From an uncultured Planctomycetaceae bacterium (GTDB lineage: Bacteria > Planctomycetota > Planctomycetia > Isosphaerales > Isosphaeraceae): a stretch of DNA of 64,000 nucleotides. A program made the position numbers and the translations under genes. The notes under the pieces were generated by a model. That model saw nothing but the letters and a program-made list of their open reading frames with translations. It was not told the DNA's origin and made no database searches. The stretch lies in assembly GCA_963833985.1 (NCBI GenBank), contig CAWIAD010000002.1, positions 3,904,001 to 3,968,000 on the forward strand, written 5' to 3'. Below are positions 50,658-60,811 of the stretch, in pieces. Positions within the stretch are counted from its first letter, which is position 1. Each line of letters opens with the position of its first letter.

Positions 50658-50766
50658 GGACAACGGAGAGGAAGGGACTCAACGAGAGGAAAGGAGAGAG
50701 GAAAGAGAGGAAAGAGAGAGAAACAAAGAGAAAAGGACCGGACAAGAGAGAAAGGGACAGGCAACG
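50658..50766. repeat. Purine-rich stutter tract B
   Basis: Imperfect repeats of GAGAG(A/G)AAGGGAC; 40 consecutive purines at 50684-50723. Confidence 0.8.
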
Positions 50767-50771
50767 CAGCC

Positions 50772-50800
50772 TTGACCGGGTTAGTGGGATTGGGTAGCCT
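50772..50800 (+). promoter_or_regulatory. Sigma70-like promoter candidate for the transposase (duplicated at 51329-51357)
   Basis: TTGACC-N17-TAGCCT, then GGGAGG RBS and ATG at 50828. Confidence 0.45.
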
Positions 50801-50827
50801 GTGCGGATCTTACTGGGAGGTCCGTGC

Positions 50828-51388
50828 ATGACGATTGCCCGTGCGCATCTGGTGGATCCATCGGTTACTCGCTGGTATCACTGCATCACGCGGTGCGTGC
50901 GGCGGGCGTTTCTGCTGGGGGAGGGCGGGATCGACCGTAAAGAATGGATCGAACGGCGGTTGCGGGAACTTGCGGAGATCTTCTCGGTGGCCGTGGGAGG
51001 GTTCGCCATCCTCGATAACCATCTGCATCTGCTGGTGCGGCTCGACCCCGATGTGGCGGCGGGGTGGGCGGATGAGGACATCGTGCGGCGCTGGGGGCGG
51101 CTTTTTCCGCCCCGCGACAAGGCTCGAAAGGCACTGCCGGTCTCGGAGGCTTGGGTCAAGGAACGGCTGAAAGACGTGAAGTGGGTGGCCACCGCACGCC
51201 AGCGGTTACAGAGCCTGAGCTGGTTCATGAAGTGCCTGAAGGAGCCGCTGTCACGGATGGCCAACCGCGAGGACGACACGCGCGGGGCGTTCTTCGAGGC
51301 AAGAGAGAAAGGGACAGGCAACGCAGCCTTGACCGGGTTAGTGGGATTGGGTAGCCTGTGCGGATCTTACTGGGAGGTCCGTGCATGA
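50828..51388 (+). pseudogene. Truncated copy of the RAYT-like transposase
   Basis: Same N-terminus up to GAFFE, then reads into the duplicated leader; lacks the YIDLNP segment. Confidence 0.85.
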
Positions 51389-52431
51389 CGATTGCCCGTG
51401 CGCATCTGGTGGATCCATCGGTTACTCGCTGGTATCACTGCATCACGCGGTGCGTGCGGCGGGCGTTTCTGCTGGGGGAGGGCGGGATCGACCGTAAAGA
51501 ATGGATCGAACGGCGGTTGCGGGAACTTGCGGAGATCTTCTCGGTGGCCGTGGGCGGGTTCGCCATCCTCGATAACCATCTGCATCTGCTGGTGCGGCTC
51601 GACCCCGATGTGGCGGCGGGGTGGGCGGATGAGGACATCGTGCGGCGCTGGGGGCGGCTTTTTCCGCCCCGCGACAAGGCTCGAAAGGCACTGCCGGTCT
51701 CGGAGGCTTGGGTCAAGGAACGGCTGAAAGACGTGAAGTGGGTGGCCACCGCACGCCAGCGGTTACAGAGCCTGAGCTGGTTCATGAAGTGCCTGAAGGA
51801 GCCGCTGTCACGGATGGCCAACCGCGAGGACGACACGCGCGGGGCGTTCTTCGAGGGGCGGTTCAAAAGCGTGGCGATCCTCGATGAGGAATCACTGCTG
51901 GCGACGTGTGCCTACATCGATCTGAACCCGGTGGCGGCGGGCATCGCTGAGGTGCCCGAGGCGAGCGCCCACACGTCGATCAAGGAACGCGTCGAGCATG
52001 TCCGGGACCAGGGTCGAGCCGAGGACCTGAAGGCCGCCGAGGCCGGCAGCGTGGCGGGGTCGCAGGCGGCGGAGGGGCTGGAAGAGGGTCTGTGGCTGTG
52101 CCCGATCGAGGACCGACGGGGGCTTGACTCGGACTCCGGTCTCGGTCGCGAAGGGATGGTCGAGGGGTTCTCGCTGGGCAGCTATCTGCTGCTGGTAGAG
52201 TACACCGGGCGGCTGTTTCGCGAGGGGAAGGCGGCGATCTCGGCGGAACTGGCGGGGATCCTGGAACGGCTGGGGAGCAATGCCGAGAGCTGGCAAGCGC
52301 GGCTGCTGAAGCTGGCCGGCGGTCGGCTGCTGGGGCGGTTCTTCGCGGCGAGTCGAGAGCGGCTGCGGGAGATTGCGGGGCGGCTGGGGCGGCATCATCT
52401 GGCGAACCTGGGCGGGTGCGAGGTGAGGTGA
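51385..52431 (+). mobile_element. RAYT-like/Y1 HUH tyrosine transposase
   Basis: YHCITRCVRRAFL, LDNHLHLLV (HUH), FFEGRFKS, YIDLNPVAAG (catalytic Tyr). Confidence 0.85.
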
Positions 52432-52508
52432 TGAGCGTGATGCGGCGCGGTGCTGGTCGGGCTCACGCCCGAGGTTGGGGGCTGCGCCCGTGAAAACCAC
52501 GTGCTCAC

Positions 52509-52704
52509 GCACGTGGCCATGCGCCTCGGACGCCAGGGCGCAAACGCACGTGGCCACCCGCCCTGAACTCAGACGCTGGCGCACGTGGCCACCCGCCCTG
52601 GAATCCGCGGCGCTGGTGGACGTGGCCACCCGCCCCGGACTCCAGTGCGCTGGGGCACCTGGCCACGCGCTCTGTCCTGGCGGCTGCGCACGTGGCCACC
52701 CGCC
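52509..52704. repeat. Six-unit array, core GCACGTGGCCACCCGCCC with variable linkers
   Basis: Cores start at 52509, 52546, 52581, 52618, 52655 and 52688 (periods 37, 35, 37, 37, 33). Confidence 0.88.
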
Positions 52705-53134
52705 TGTGTAGGTGGGAGGAGATCGAGCCGCGGGGGGACGCAAGATCGCGGGCGTTTCGACCGTACACTGAATATGACGGCAGAGCATGCCATTGCATGC
52801 CGGGTATGCATCGGCACGCAAGGAGAACGTGCCCTACAGTTCTTTGCCAATGCGGCAGATGGTTCGGACCAGCGCACAGGCCGGCGGCGCGCTGGCCCCA
52901 CTCTCTTGCAGATCGGGTGAGGCGGTTTGCCGGATCGCCAGCGCGAAGACCGACGGAACCAAGCGAAAGTGGCAGGCCGGAACTGGCGCACCTAGCGAGG
53001 TGAAACAGCGAGGCCGGTCGGTACTTTCAGGATCGCGGGAGCCACCAAGCCCATCCTGGAACGAGGTGAGGCTTTCTGAGACCGATTCTGTTTCAACGGA
53101 TCAGCGCGCGTCCCTCAGTTTACGCCCCCAGTAA

Positions 53135-53221
53135 TGCCGAAGACAGGAGTTGAACCTGCACGGGGTAGTTAACCCCACTAGGACCTGAACCTAGCGCGTC
53201 TGCCAATTCCGCCACTTCGGC
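53135..53221 (-). tRNA. tRNA-Leu(CAG), CCA not encoded
   Basis: GCCGAAGTGGCGGAATTGGCAGACGCG-CTAGG TTCAGGT CCTAG-long variable arm-GCAGGTTCAACTCCTGT-CTTCGGCA. Confidence 0.96.
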
Positions 53222-53232
53222 TTGATGTCTTT

Positions 53233-53261
53233 ACTATGAAGCCCGGGATGAGGGCAGTCAA
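53233..53261 (-). promoter_or_regulatory. Sigma70-like promoter candidate for tRNA-Leu
   Basis: Minus strand TTGACT-N17-CATAGT, 11 nt before the tRNA. Confidence 0.55.
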
Positions 53262-53319
53262 GGGGGATGACGCGCGCCGCGGAAGGCCGGGAGCCGCGAA
53301 GCAGGGAGAAGCGGAAATG

Positions 53320-55228
53320 TCAGCGCGGGAGCTCCAGTACTTCCAGGTGCGAGGGCCTGGCGTGCGAATGATAGACCCGCTGGGTTGCCTTTTGAAAGTC
53401 GGACTCCTTGGCGGTGGCGATGTCGACGAATGTCTGCGGGTTCCGGTCCACCAGGGGGAACCAGGTGCTCTGGATCTGAATCATGATCGAGTGGCCGGTG
53501 CGGAACGTGTGAGCGATGTCGTTGAGCCGGAAGTTCACGGGCGTGGGCTGGTTGGCAACGAAGGGCTCAGAGGCCGAGAGGCTGTTGCGAAACCGCCCGC
53601 GCATCACGTCCCCGCGCACGAGCTGCTGGTAGCCGCCCAGGGGAATCGGGTTGCCGCCGACTCCGTTGCCCGGGAAGTCGGGAGGGTAAACGTCGATGAG
53701 CTTGACGATCCAGTCGGAGTCCGTTCCCGAGGTGGCCACGAAGAGACGCGCGTCGATCGCTCCGACCAGGGTCGTGTCTGCCTCCAGAGGGCCGGTCTGG
53801 TACACCAGGACGTCGGGCCGGCGCGGCGAACCGCTGGTCCTGGATCATGTAGTCGCCGTTCATGCGATGCGTGATCTGATCGATATATTCTACCGGGTGT
53901 GCGGGGTCGCTCGTGTACTCGTCGAATTCGGGTGCGGAAGATTCGCCGGGCGGCTCGTCCGTGATGCGCCCTGAGACGTTCAAATAGAGCAAGCGCTTGC
54001 GGGCCTTGCGGGGCGGCCAGGTGTCGAACTCGCGCCACTGGTTGGTTCCCGTCTCGAAGACGCGGGCCTCGGAGAAGCTGGGCGCGCCCTTGCCCTTGAG
54101 GAAGTACTGGAAGAAGGGGAACTCGATCTCGTCGCGGAAGTGGGCCGAGGTGCTGGAGTGAAAGGGAATCGGGCCGAGGGAGGCGCCGTCGCCGCGGGAC
54201 CAGCCGCCGTGCAGCCACGGGCCCATCACCAGCAGGTTGGTCGTGCCCGGGCTGGCGGCCTCGACATTCTTGTAGACCTCCAGGGCCCCATACAGGTTCT
54301 CGGCGTCGAACCAGCCGCCTACGGTCAGGACGGCCGGGCGGATGTTCTTCAAGTGGGGGCGCAGGTTGCGGGCGGTCCAGAAGTCGTCATATTTCGCGTG
54401 CCTCATCATCTCGTTCCAGAAGGGCACGTCGTTCTTGAAATACCTCGTGTTGGCGTTCGCCAGCGGCCCTAATTGCAAATAGAAGCGATAGCCGTCGGGC
54501 GTGCCGTAGTCGAAGCGTTCGACCACTTCCTTCGCGGTCGGCTGCTTGCGCGGGTGGCCGTGGAAGGCGAGAAAGTCGAAGGCGTGCGGCAGGAACAGGG
54601 CACCGTTGTGGTGCCAGTCATCGCCGGCGAACCAGTCGGCGATGGGAGCCTGGGGGGACACCGCCTTGAGCGCAGGATGGGCGTCGATCATGCCGGCCGC
54701 GACGTAGAAGCCGGGGTACGAGATTCCCCACATCCCCACCTTGCCGTTGTGGTTGGGCACGTTCTTGATCAGCCAGTCGATGGTGTCGAAGGTATCGGTG
54801 CTCTCGTCGATATCGCTCGGACCGTTCTTGATGTCCTTGTGCGGGCGCATGTCGACGAACTCGCCCTCCGACATCCACTCCCCGCGCACGTCCTGGTAGG
54901 CCACGATATAGCCCTCACCTCCGAAGAGCGGCGACGGGCCCAGGTCGGACTTGTAGGCGTCCGCTCCATAGGGCTGCACGCTGTAGGGCGTCCGGCAGAG
55001 CAAGATCGGATAGGTCTGCGTCCGGTCCTTGGGGAGATAAACAGCCGTGAACAGTTTCACGCCGTCGCGCATCGGGATGCGGAACTCGTACTTCGTGTAG
55101 TTCGCCTTCACCAGCTCGATGCCTTGAGCCGATAGCCATGCGGGCCAGGCTGCCAGAGCCAGCCAGACGGGCCATGCGGAGACCACCGGCAGGGCCGGAA
55201 CAGGATTGAGACCGGACAGAAGACGCAT
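53320..55228 (-). CDS. CocE/NonD-family hydrolase; frameshift ~53822
   Basis: IPMRDGVKL, RTPY, QDVRG, GISYPG nucleophile, GPWLHGGW; second frame DWIVKLIDVYP...QSTWFPLVDRNPQ. Confidence 0.88.
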
Positions 55229-55535
55229 GGGCTCGATACTCCGGGTAAGCGCATCGGGATCGGTGATGCCAGGGCGACCGGCAAGCCGTTGGCCCCTGTT
55301 TCCTGATTTCAGCGGTCCAGAGTACGGTAAAGGCGGCTTCGAATCGGCGCCCCAGTGCGGGCCGGCGGCGCGGGTTCCAGGCGGCTGGTCGCGGGACACA
55401 TCCTGACGAATTCGGGCCGTCCCGCTGAGTATCAGCTTGCTGGCTCGAACTATCCGCCATGATCCGCGGCTCGATACACTGGTTCAACCCGAGATCGAGA
55501 GGAAATGCATCCCAACGGCCCATGGAGAGGCGACC

Positions 55536-57029
55536 ATGATCCTATCCCAAGCAGCCCTTCATCGACTCATCGAGGAGCAGATGCAGGGGTATCGCTTCAT
55601 TGTCGTGGCGAATCGAGAGCCTTTTGTCCATCAGTACGAGGGAAAGGGCATCAAAGTGCTGCGTCCGGCCAGCGGGATGGCCTCGGCCCTTCACCCCGTT
55701 CTGCTTGCGTGCGATGGGACATGGGTGAGCCACGGCAGTGGCGACGCCGACCGCGTGGTGGTTGATGAACACGACCGCATCCGGGTGCCGCCGGAGGACC
55801 CGCACTACACTTTACGGCGTGTCTGGCTCACTCCGGAGCAGGAAGAGGGATACTACTACGGCCTGGCCAATGGCGGACTCTGGCCGCTTTGCCACATCAC
55901 GTACACGCGGCCGCGCTTCAACCCCCGGGACTGGGAGACCTATCGCGAAGTCAACCGTCTCTTCGCGGATGCCGTGCTCGAGGAAGTTGGAACGGATCCC
56001 GCGTTCGTCTTCATCCAGGACTTCCACTTCTGTCTTTTGCCGCGGATGCTGAAGAATGCCCATCCCGGCCTGATCGTGGCGCAGTTCTGGCACATCCCCT
56101 GGCCCAATCGAGAGGTGTTCCGCACTTTCCCCTGGGGACAAGAACTGCTTGATGGATTGCTGGGCAACGATATGCTGGGTTTTCACGTGCATTATCATTG
56201 TCAGAACTTTCTGGACACCGTCGATCGTGGAATCGAGGCGAGGGTTGACCCCGACCGCTACGAGATCCACCGTGGCGGCCACAGTACCCTGGTGCGCCCG
56301 TTCCCGATTAGCATTGACTTCGAGGCCCACGATCAGAAAGCCAGAAGCCCGCAGGTCGAGGCCGCCATGGACCGCTGGCGTCACGATCTCAGGCTCCGGG
56401 ACGAACCAATCGGGGTGGGCATCGAGCGCCTGGACTACACCAAGGGGATCCCCGATCGTCTCCTCGGATTCGACTATCTGCTTGAGACCCATCCCGAGTA
56501 CCGAGGCCGAACGCGGTTCATCCAGGTGGCCGTGCCGACTCGAACACATGTGCCCGCGTACCAGCAGATTGACCGCGAGGTCGATGAAACGGTCCGGGCC
56601 ATCAATGATCGATGGCGCACCGAAGGCTGGGAGCCAATCACGTACATCAGGCGACATCAGGGGCCCGCGGAGATGATGGCCCTGCACCGCCTGGCCCGCT
56701 TCTGCGTGGTCAGCTCACTTCACGACGGCATGAACCTCGTGGCCAAGGAGTACATTGCCAGTCGCCATGATGAGGATGGAGTCCTGATCCTGAGCCGGTT
56801 CACCGGCTCGGCGCGCGAGCTGGATGATGCGATCCTGGTCAATCCTTTCTCGGTCGGAGAGATCGCGGAGTCGATGCACGCGGCGCTCACCATGTCCGAG
56901 GAGGAGCGGCGCCGGCGAATGCAAAGAATGCGGGCTCACGTACAGAAGAAGAACGTCTACCGCTGGGCCTTCCGGATCCTCTCCAGTCTGCTCAAGTTTG
57001 ATTTCCCTGAGGGAGCCGACGGCGAGTGA
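55536..57029 (+). CDS. otsA: Trehalose-6-phosphate synthase (GT20)
   Basis: [41 protein letters not shown]. Confidence 0.92.
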   Translation: MILSQAALHRLIEEQMQGYRFIVVANREPFVHQYEGKGIKVLRPASGMASALHPVLLACDGTWVSHGSGDADRVVVDEHDRIRVPPEDPHYTLRRVWLTPEQEEGYYYGLANGGLWPLCHITYTRPRFNPRDWETYREVNRLFADAVLEEVGTDPAFVFIQDFHFCLLPRMLKNAHPGLIVAQFWHIPWPNREVFRTFPWGQELLDGLLGNDMLGFHVHYHCQNFLDTVDRGIEARVDPDRYEIHRGGHSTLVRPFPISIDFEAHDQKARSPQVEAAMDRWRHDLRLRDEPIGVGIERLDYTKGIPDRLLGFDYLLETHPEYRGRTRFIQVAVPTRTHVPAYQQIDREVDETVRAINDRWRTEGWEPITYIRRHQGPAEMMALHRLARFCVVSSLHDGMNLVAKEYIASRHDEDGVLILSRFTGSARELDDAILVNPFSVGEIAESMHAALTMSEEERRRRMQRMRAHVQKKNVYRWAFRILSSLLKFDFPEGADGE

Positions 57030-57084
57030 CCGTCTCATGGCCTCTCTCCGGGTGATCTGTCCGCACGTGATCCGAGGGTTGATC

Positions 57085-58377
57085 TCAGAGGCCCAATCCC
57101 AGCCGGTGGCGATGGTAGTTCAGCCTGTCGGCCGGGGACATCGTCGCGAAGTCTGGCCGGCCGTTGGACGGAGGCGCCTGGCCGCGGGCGTGGGGCACGG
57201 CGATGGACTCGGTAACCCTGGTCGCCGGCGCCGGGCAAGCGCAGGAGGCTCCGGAACCCTGGCATGAGCACGCGTGATGCGATTTCGTAAGAGGCAAGGT
57301 TCGAGGCTGCTCCCGAGGCGGTTCCGGCGCAGGGACAACCACGGAAGGGCCGCCGGCGTAGCTCATCGCTTGCTCACTGATCCTCAGGTCGTCCTCGAGC
57401 GGGCGTTGCGGCCTGACGCCCAGCTTACCCAGGACGGCGTGATAGGCCTTCACCGCATCCACAGGGCCAATATGTCCGTCGACGATGAGCCGCAGGAACT
57501 GGACGAAGGCGAGCTGATTCTCGGCGTGGTTGATCTTGCGGCCGAAGAGAGCCACCCGCGCGCCATATTTCTGGGCGTCGGCCAGGAGCTGGAAGGCGTC
57601 GCGCGTGGTGCCTGAGGAACCGCCGAGGATGCCGACGATGAGCTGCGGGTCGAAGCGCACCAGCTCCTCCATGGCCTTGGGCCCGTGATAGGCGATCTTC
57701 AGGAAGATGGGCCGGCCGGCCGGCGAGACTCCGGCCAGCATGCGCGTGATCATGTCATTGATGTAATGGGGCAGGAGATCGGGCGCGACCGCGGAGGGAA
57801 CGTTCGGGTCGAAGACCTCCAGGAAGTATCGAAAGCCCTTGCGCTCGGCCTCCCGGCGGAAGGAATGGAAGTGCTCGAGCGTCTCCTTGTCGCGCTCCAG
57901 GTCGTTGTTGAAGGTGACGCTGTACAGACCGAGATTCGCTCCCTGGGTGCGCTCCTCGGGTGCGCAGTCGAGGTGGCCGCACTGGATATGGTCGATGCTG
58001 GCGGTGCGGAACGGCCGCGAGGCTTCGGCCGCGTAGCTCGAGCCGCGCGCGAGGTGGATGTCGGTGGTGTCATTGGCGCGCACGGCGGGCGTCACGGGCG
58101 AGCGGTCGAAGAGCCGTTCGTGCAGCGTCAAGGCATGGTTCGAGCTGGCGGACATGAGCATGATGTCGACCAGGCCCTGGCGTGTGATCAGCCGCATCTG
58201 ATCGCGGTATTCCTCGAGCGTCTTGAACCGGACCTCGCCGGCGTGCATCTCCGGAGACTTGCCCGGAGCGCCCAGCCCGAGCGCCATGTCGGCGTCCTTG
58301 GCATCGGCCAGGATGAACTCGCGGCAGCCGGGATCGGCATGAATCGCGGCCAGCTTGAGGTCGAGGGACTTGATCAT
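57085..58377 (-). CDS. Class I aldolase-like TIM-barrel protein with Pro/Cys-rich tail, coupled to the BMC operon
   Basis: FLEVFDPN, FLKIAY, GILGG, GARVALFGRKI; ATG 1 nt after the LDH stop. Confidence 0.6.
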   Translation of the reverse strand: MIKSLDLKLAAIHADPGCREFILADAKDADMALGLGAPGKSPEMHAGEVRFKTLEEYRDQMRLITRQGLVDIMLMSASSNHALTLHERLFDRSPVTPAVRANDTTDIHLARGSSYAAEASRPFRTASIDHIQCGHLDCAPEERTQGANLGLYSVTFNNDLERDKETLEHFHSFRREAERKGFRYFLEVFDPNVPSAVAPDLLPHYINDMITRMLAGVSPAGRPIFLKIAYHGPKAMEELVRFDPQLIVGILGGSSGTTRDAFQLLADAQKYGARVALFGRKINHAENQLAFVQFLRLIVDGHIGPVDAVKAYHAVLGKLGVRPQRPLEDDLRISEQAMSYAGGPSVVVPAPEPPREQPRTLPLTKSHHACSCQGSGASCACPAPATRVTESIAVPHARGQAPPSNGRPDFATMSPADRLNYHRHRLGLGL

Positions 58378-58378
58378 C

Positions 58379-59488
58379 TCAGCGGCCTCCGCGTTGATTG
58401 CCATGCCCCTGGCCAGAGATGGTGACGCGCGACCCACCCCCTCCAGCCTGGCCATTGCCACCGGCACCCATGGTCACGCGCACCGGGCGGACGCTGGAAC
58501 CGGAGCTCTCCTGCGAACCTTTCACCGACGCGATCGCAGACTTGCCGGCGGCCCTGGGATTGTTCTTTTGAACCTGAGCGATCGTCTCGCGGAGGACCTG
58601 TGCCGAATGCTGGAGAGCCGAGGTTTCCTTGGGCCAGAGTGCGATTTCGAGCTGGGCCTCGACGCCCCGCCGGCCGACGACGGTGGGGACCGACAGGCAA
58701 ACGTCGCGAATGCCATAGGTGCCGTCAACCAGCGAAGAGACCGGGAGGACGCGTTTCGAGTCGAGCGCGACGGCGTGGACGACCTCACGGATTGACAGCC
58801 CGACGGCGAACCCCGCGCCGGTCTTGAGCTTGATCACCTCCGCACCGCTCCCCCTGGTGCGGGCGAACAGGGCGTCCGCCGTGGCACTCGTCCAGCCCGG
58901 GAACTTCTCGAGCGGCAGCCCCGCCGCTTGAGCGGCCGACCAGAGGGGCACCATGCTATCGCCGTGCTCGCCGAGGATGAGCGCGGTCACCTGGGTGGCA
59001 GGCAGCTTGAGCTCCTCGGCGATCAGGCTGCGGAACCGGGCGGTGTCGAGCACGGTCCCCAGGCCAATGACCTGGTGTGATGGCAGTCCAAGCTGGGTCG
59101 TGGCCAGGTAGGTCAGGACGTCGACCGGGTTCGACACCACCAGGATGATCGCGTCTTTCCTCAGCCCGGCAGACTTCACCTTGTCAAGGATATCGAGGAA
59201 CAGGGCGACGTTGCGGTTGATGAGGTCAAGCCGGCTCTCGTCGGGCTTGCGGCGCAGACCGGCCGTGATCATGACCAGGTCGCTCTCGGGGATGGCCTCG
59301 TAGCCCGTGGCGCGAATGCGCTGATCGGCCACCAGCGAGCTGCCGTGCAGCAGGTCGAGCGCCTGGCCCTTGCACTGATCGGCGTTCAGGTCGATGAGGT
59401 CAATAGCGCTGACCACGCCACCGCATTGCAGCGCGAACCCGGCGCACGAGCCGACCAGGCCGCCGCCGCCGATGATGCTGATCTTCAC
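58379..59488 (-). CDS. Lactate/malate dehydrogenase of the PV-BMC locus
   Basis: IIGGGGLVG, TAGLRRKPDESRLDL, VSNPVD, LDTARF, GEHGDSM; ~60-aa low-complexity tail. Confidence 0.9.
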   Translation of the reverse strand: MKISIIGGGGLVGSCAGFALQCGGVVSAIDLIDLNADQCKGQALDLLHGSSLVADQRIRATGYEAIPESDLVMITAGLRRKPDESRLDLINRNVALFLDILDKVKSAGLRKDAIILVVSNPVDVLTYLATTQLGLPSHQVIGLGTVLDTARFRSLIAEELKLPATQVTALILGEHGDSMVPLWSAAQAAGLPLEKFPGWTSATADALFARTRGSGAEVIKLKTGAGFAVGLSIREVVHAVALDSKRVLPVSSLVDGTYGIRDVCLSVPTVVGRRGVEAQLEIALWPKETSALQHSAQVLRETIAQVQKNNPRAAGKSAIASVKGSQESSGSSVRPVRVTMGAGGNGQAGGGGSRVTISGQGHGNQRGGR

Positions 59489-59531
59489 CGTCGATCTCCT
59501 CTCTTTCACCTACAGTGAAAACGAATCAGGT

Positions 59532-60482
59532 TCATCGGACCGCCCCATTGAGGGCGTTCATGACCTGGTCCGTGATGGTCTTGACGAGGGCGTCGATGTC
59601 GGGGCCGCCGGCGTGACCGTTAGACGAGGGCTGGCTCGCGGTCGCTGGCGCTGACTGTGAAGGCACCTGGCAGGCGACCCCAGCGCCGGCGGGCTGGCCG
59701 TTTTCCATGAGCTTCGGATGGATGAAGACCCTGGGCTCGGGGCTGAATTCGCCATAGCCCTGACGAAAAAGGCTGTTGCCGCAGAGGTCGCAGTTCTCCA
59801 GCCCGCGCGTCAGCCGCGGATCGGGGATGCCCAGGTTGGGCTTGAGCTTGATCAACTCGGCCGCCTTTTCATCGTTGTAGTAATTCACCTTGCCCAGTTG
59901 CTTCGCCAGGAGCAAGATCCGGCAGTAAGCGTCGATGATCTCGGTCTTGAAGTAAGCATCTTCCAGGTCGGTGCCGTAGGTCACCGTGCCGTGGTTGGCC
60001 AGCAGGATGGTCTCGGTGTCCTTGACGAAAGGGAGGACGGTCTCGGCGAACTTCTGGCCGCCGGGCGTCTCGTAGGGCGAGATCGCCACCTCGCCCAGGA
60101 AGACCTCGATCTCGGGCAGGACGCACTTGGGGATTGGCTCCTGGGCCACGGCGAAGGCCGTCGCGTGCGGGGGATGGCAGTGCACGACGGAGCGAATATC
60201 CGCGCGTGCTTTCATGATGGTCAGATGAAGCAGGATCTCGCTGGAGCGCTTGCGTTTGCCGGAGACCTGCTTGCCGTCGAGGTCGACGATGCACAGATCG
60301 TCTGGCTTCATGAATCCCTTGGACACGCGTGTCGGCGTACAGAGCACGCGGTCGTCGGAGAGCTTGTAGCTGATGTTGCCGTCATTGGCCGCGGCGAACC
60401 CCTTGGCATAGATGCGCCGGCCGATCTCGCACATCATCTCGCGTTGCTTCCATTCGTTTGCGCCATTGCCGTTGCTGATCAT
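59532..60482 (-). CDS. pvmN: Class II aldolase with C-terminal encapsulation peptide
   Basis: NDGNIS, SSEILLH, VHCHPPHA, LANHG; tail DIDALVKTITDQVMNAL. Confidence 0.88.
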   Translation of the reverse strand: MISNGNGANEWKQREMMCEIGRRIYAKGFAAANDGNISYKLSDDRVLCTPTRVSKGFMKPDDLCIVDLDGKQVSGKRKRSSEILLHLTIMKARADIRSVVHCHPPHATAFAVAQEPIPKCVLPEIEVFLGEVAISPYETPGGQKFAETVLPFVKDTETILLANHGTVTYGTDLEDAYFKTEIIDAYCRILLLAKQLGKVNYYNDEKAAELIKLKPNLGIPDPRLTRGLENCDLCGNSLFRQGYGEFSPEPRVFIHPKLMENGQPAGAGVACQVPSQSAPATASQPSSNGHAGGPDIDALVKTITDQVMNALNGAVR

Positions 60483-60508
60483 CTTTGAATCCTCACCTTG
60501 GTTCCGGG

Positions 60509-60811
60509 TTACCGGGGATGGTCCGTGTCTTGCCAGAAGGAAAGCTGGTCGATCAAACAGGCGCTGTAGGCATCGACCGGGGTCAACGTCTTGCCGAATG
60601 GGTTCGCCGCCTCGCGGCCTTCACTCACCGCGATCAGGGCGCCAGGGCCCGCGCCGAGGTTGTCGTAGACGATGATCTCCTCGCTGCGTGCGAGAGAGCC
60701 CTCTGTGAGAGCCTCCCGCGGCAGCGGGAGCGCCACCAGGAACCGGCCGCCTCGCAGGCTGGGATGGAAGCGTGAAAGCGTGACGCGGCCAATCACCTCG
60801 GCAATCCTCAT
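60509..60811 (-). CDS. EutN/CcmL BMC pentamer protein
   Basis: MRIAEVIGRVT...YDNLGAGPG..SEGREAA..PVDA. Confidence 0.9.
   Translation of the reverse strand: MRIAEVIGRVTLSRFHPSLRGGRFLVALPLPREALTEGSLARSEEIIVYDNLGAGPGALIAVSEGREAANPFGKTLTPVDAYSACLIDQLSFWQDTDHPR

Larger units (their letters stand above)
50743..51856 (+). repeat. 557-bp tandem duplication (50743-51299 / 51300-51856)
   Basis: Copies align by eye with one difference seen, A50998 vs C51555 (synonymous GGA/GGC). Confidence 0.93.

Noticed and set aside
52509..52704. CRISPR array
   Set aside because: Repeats (~18 bp) and linkers (15-19 bp) are too short, linkers resemble each other, repeats are degenerate, and there are no cas genes in the window.
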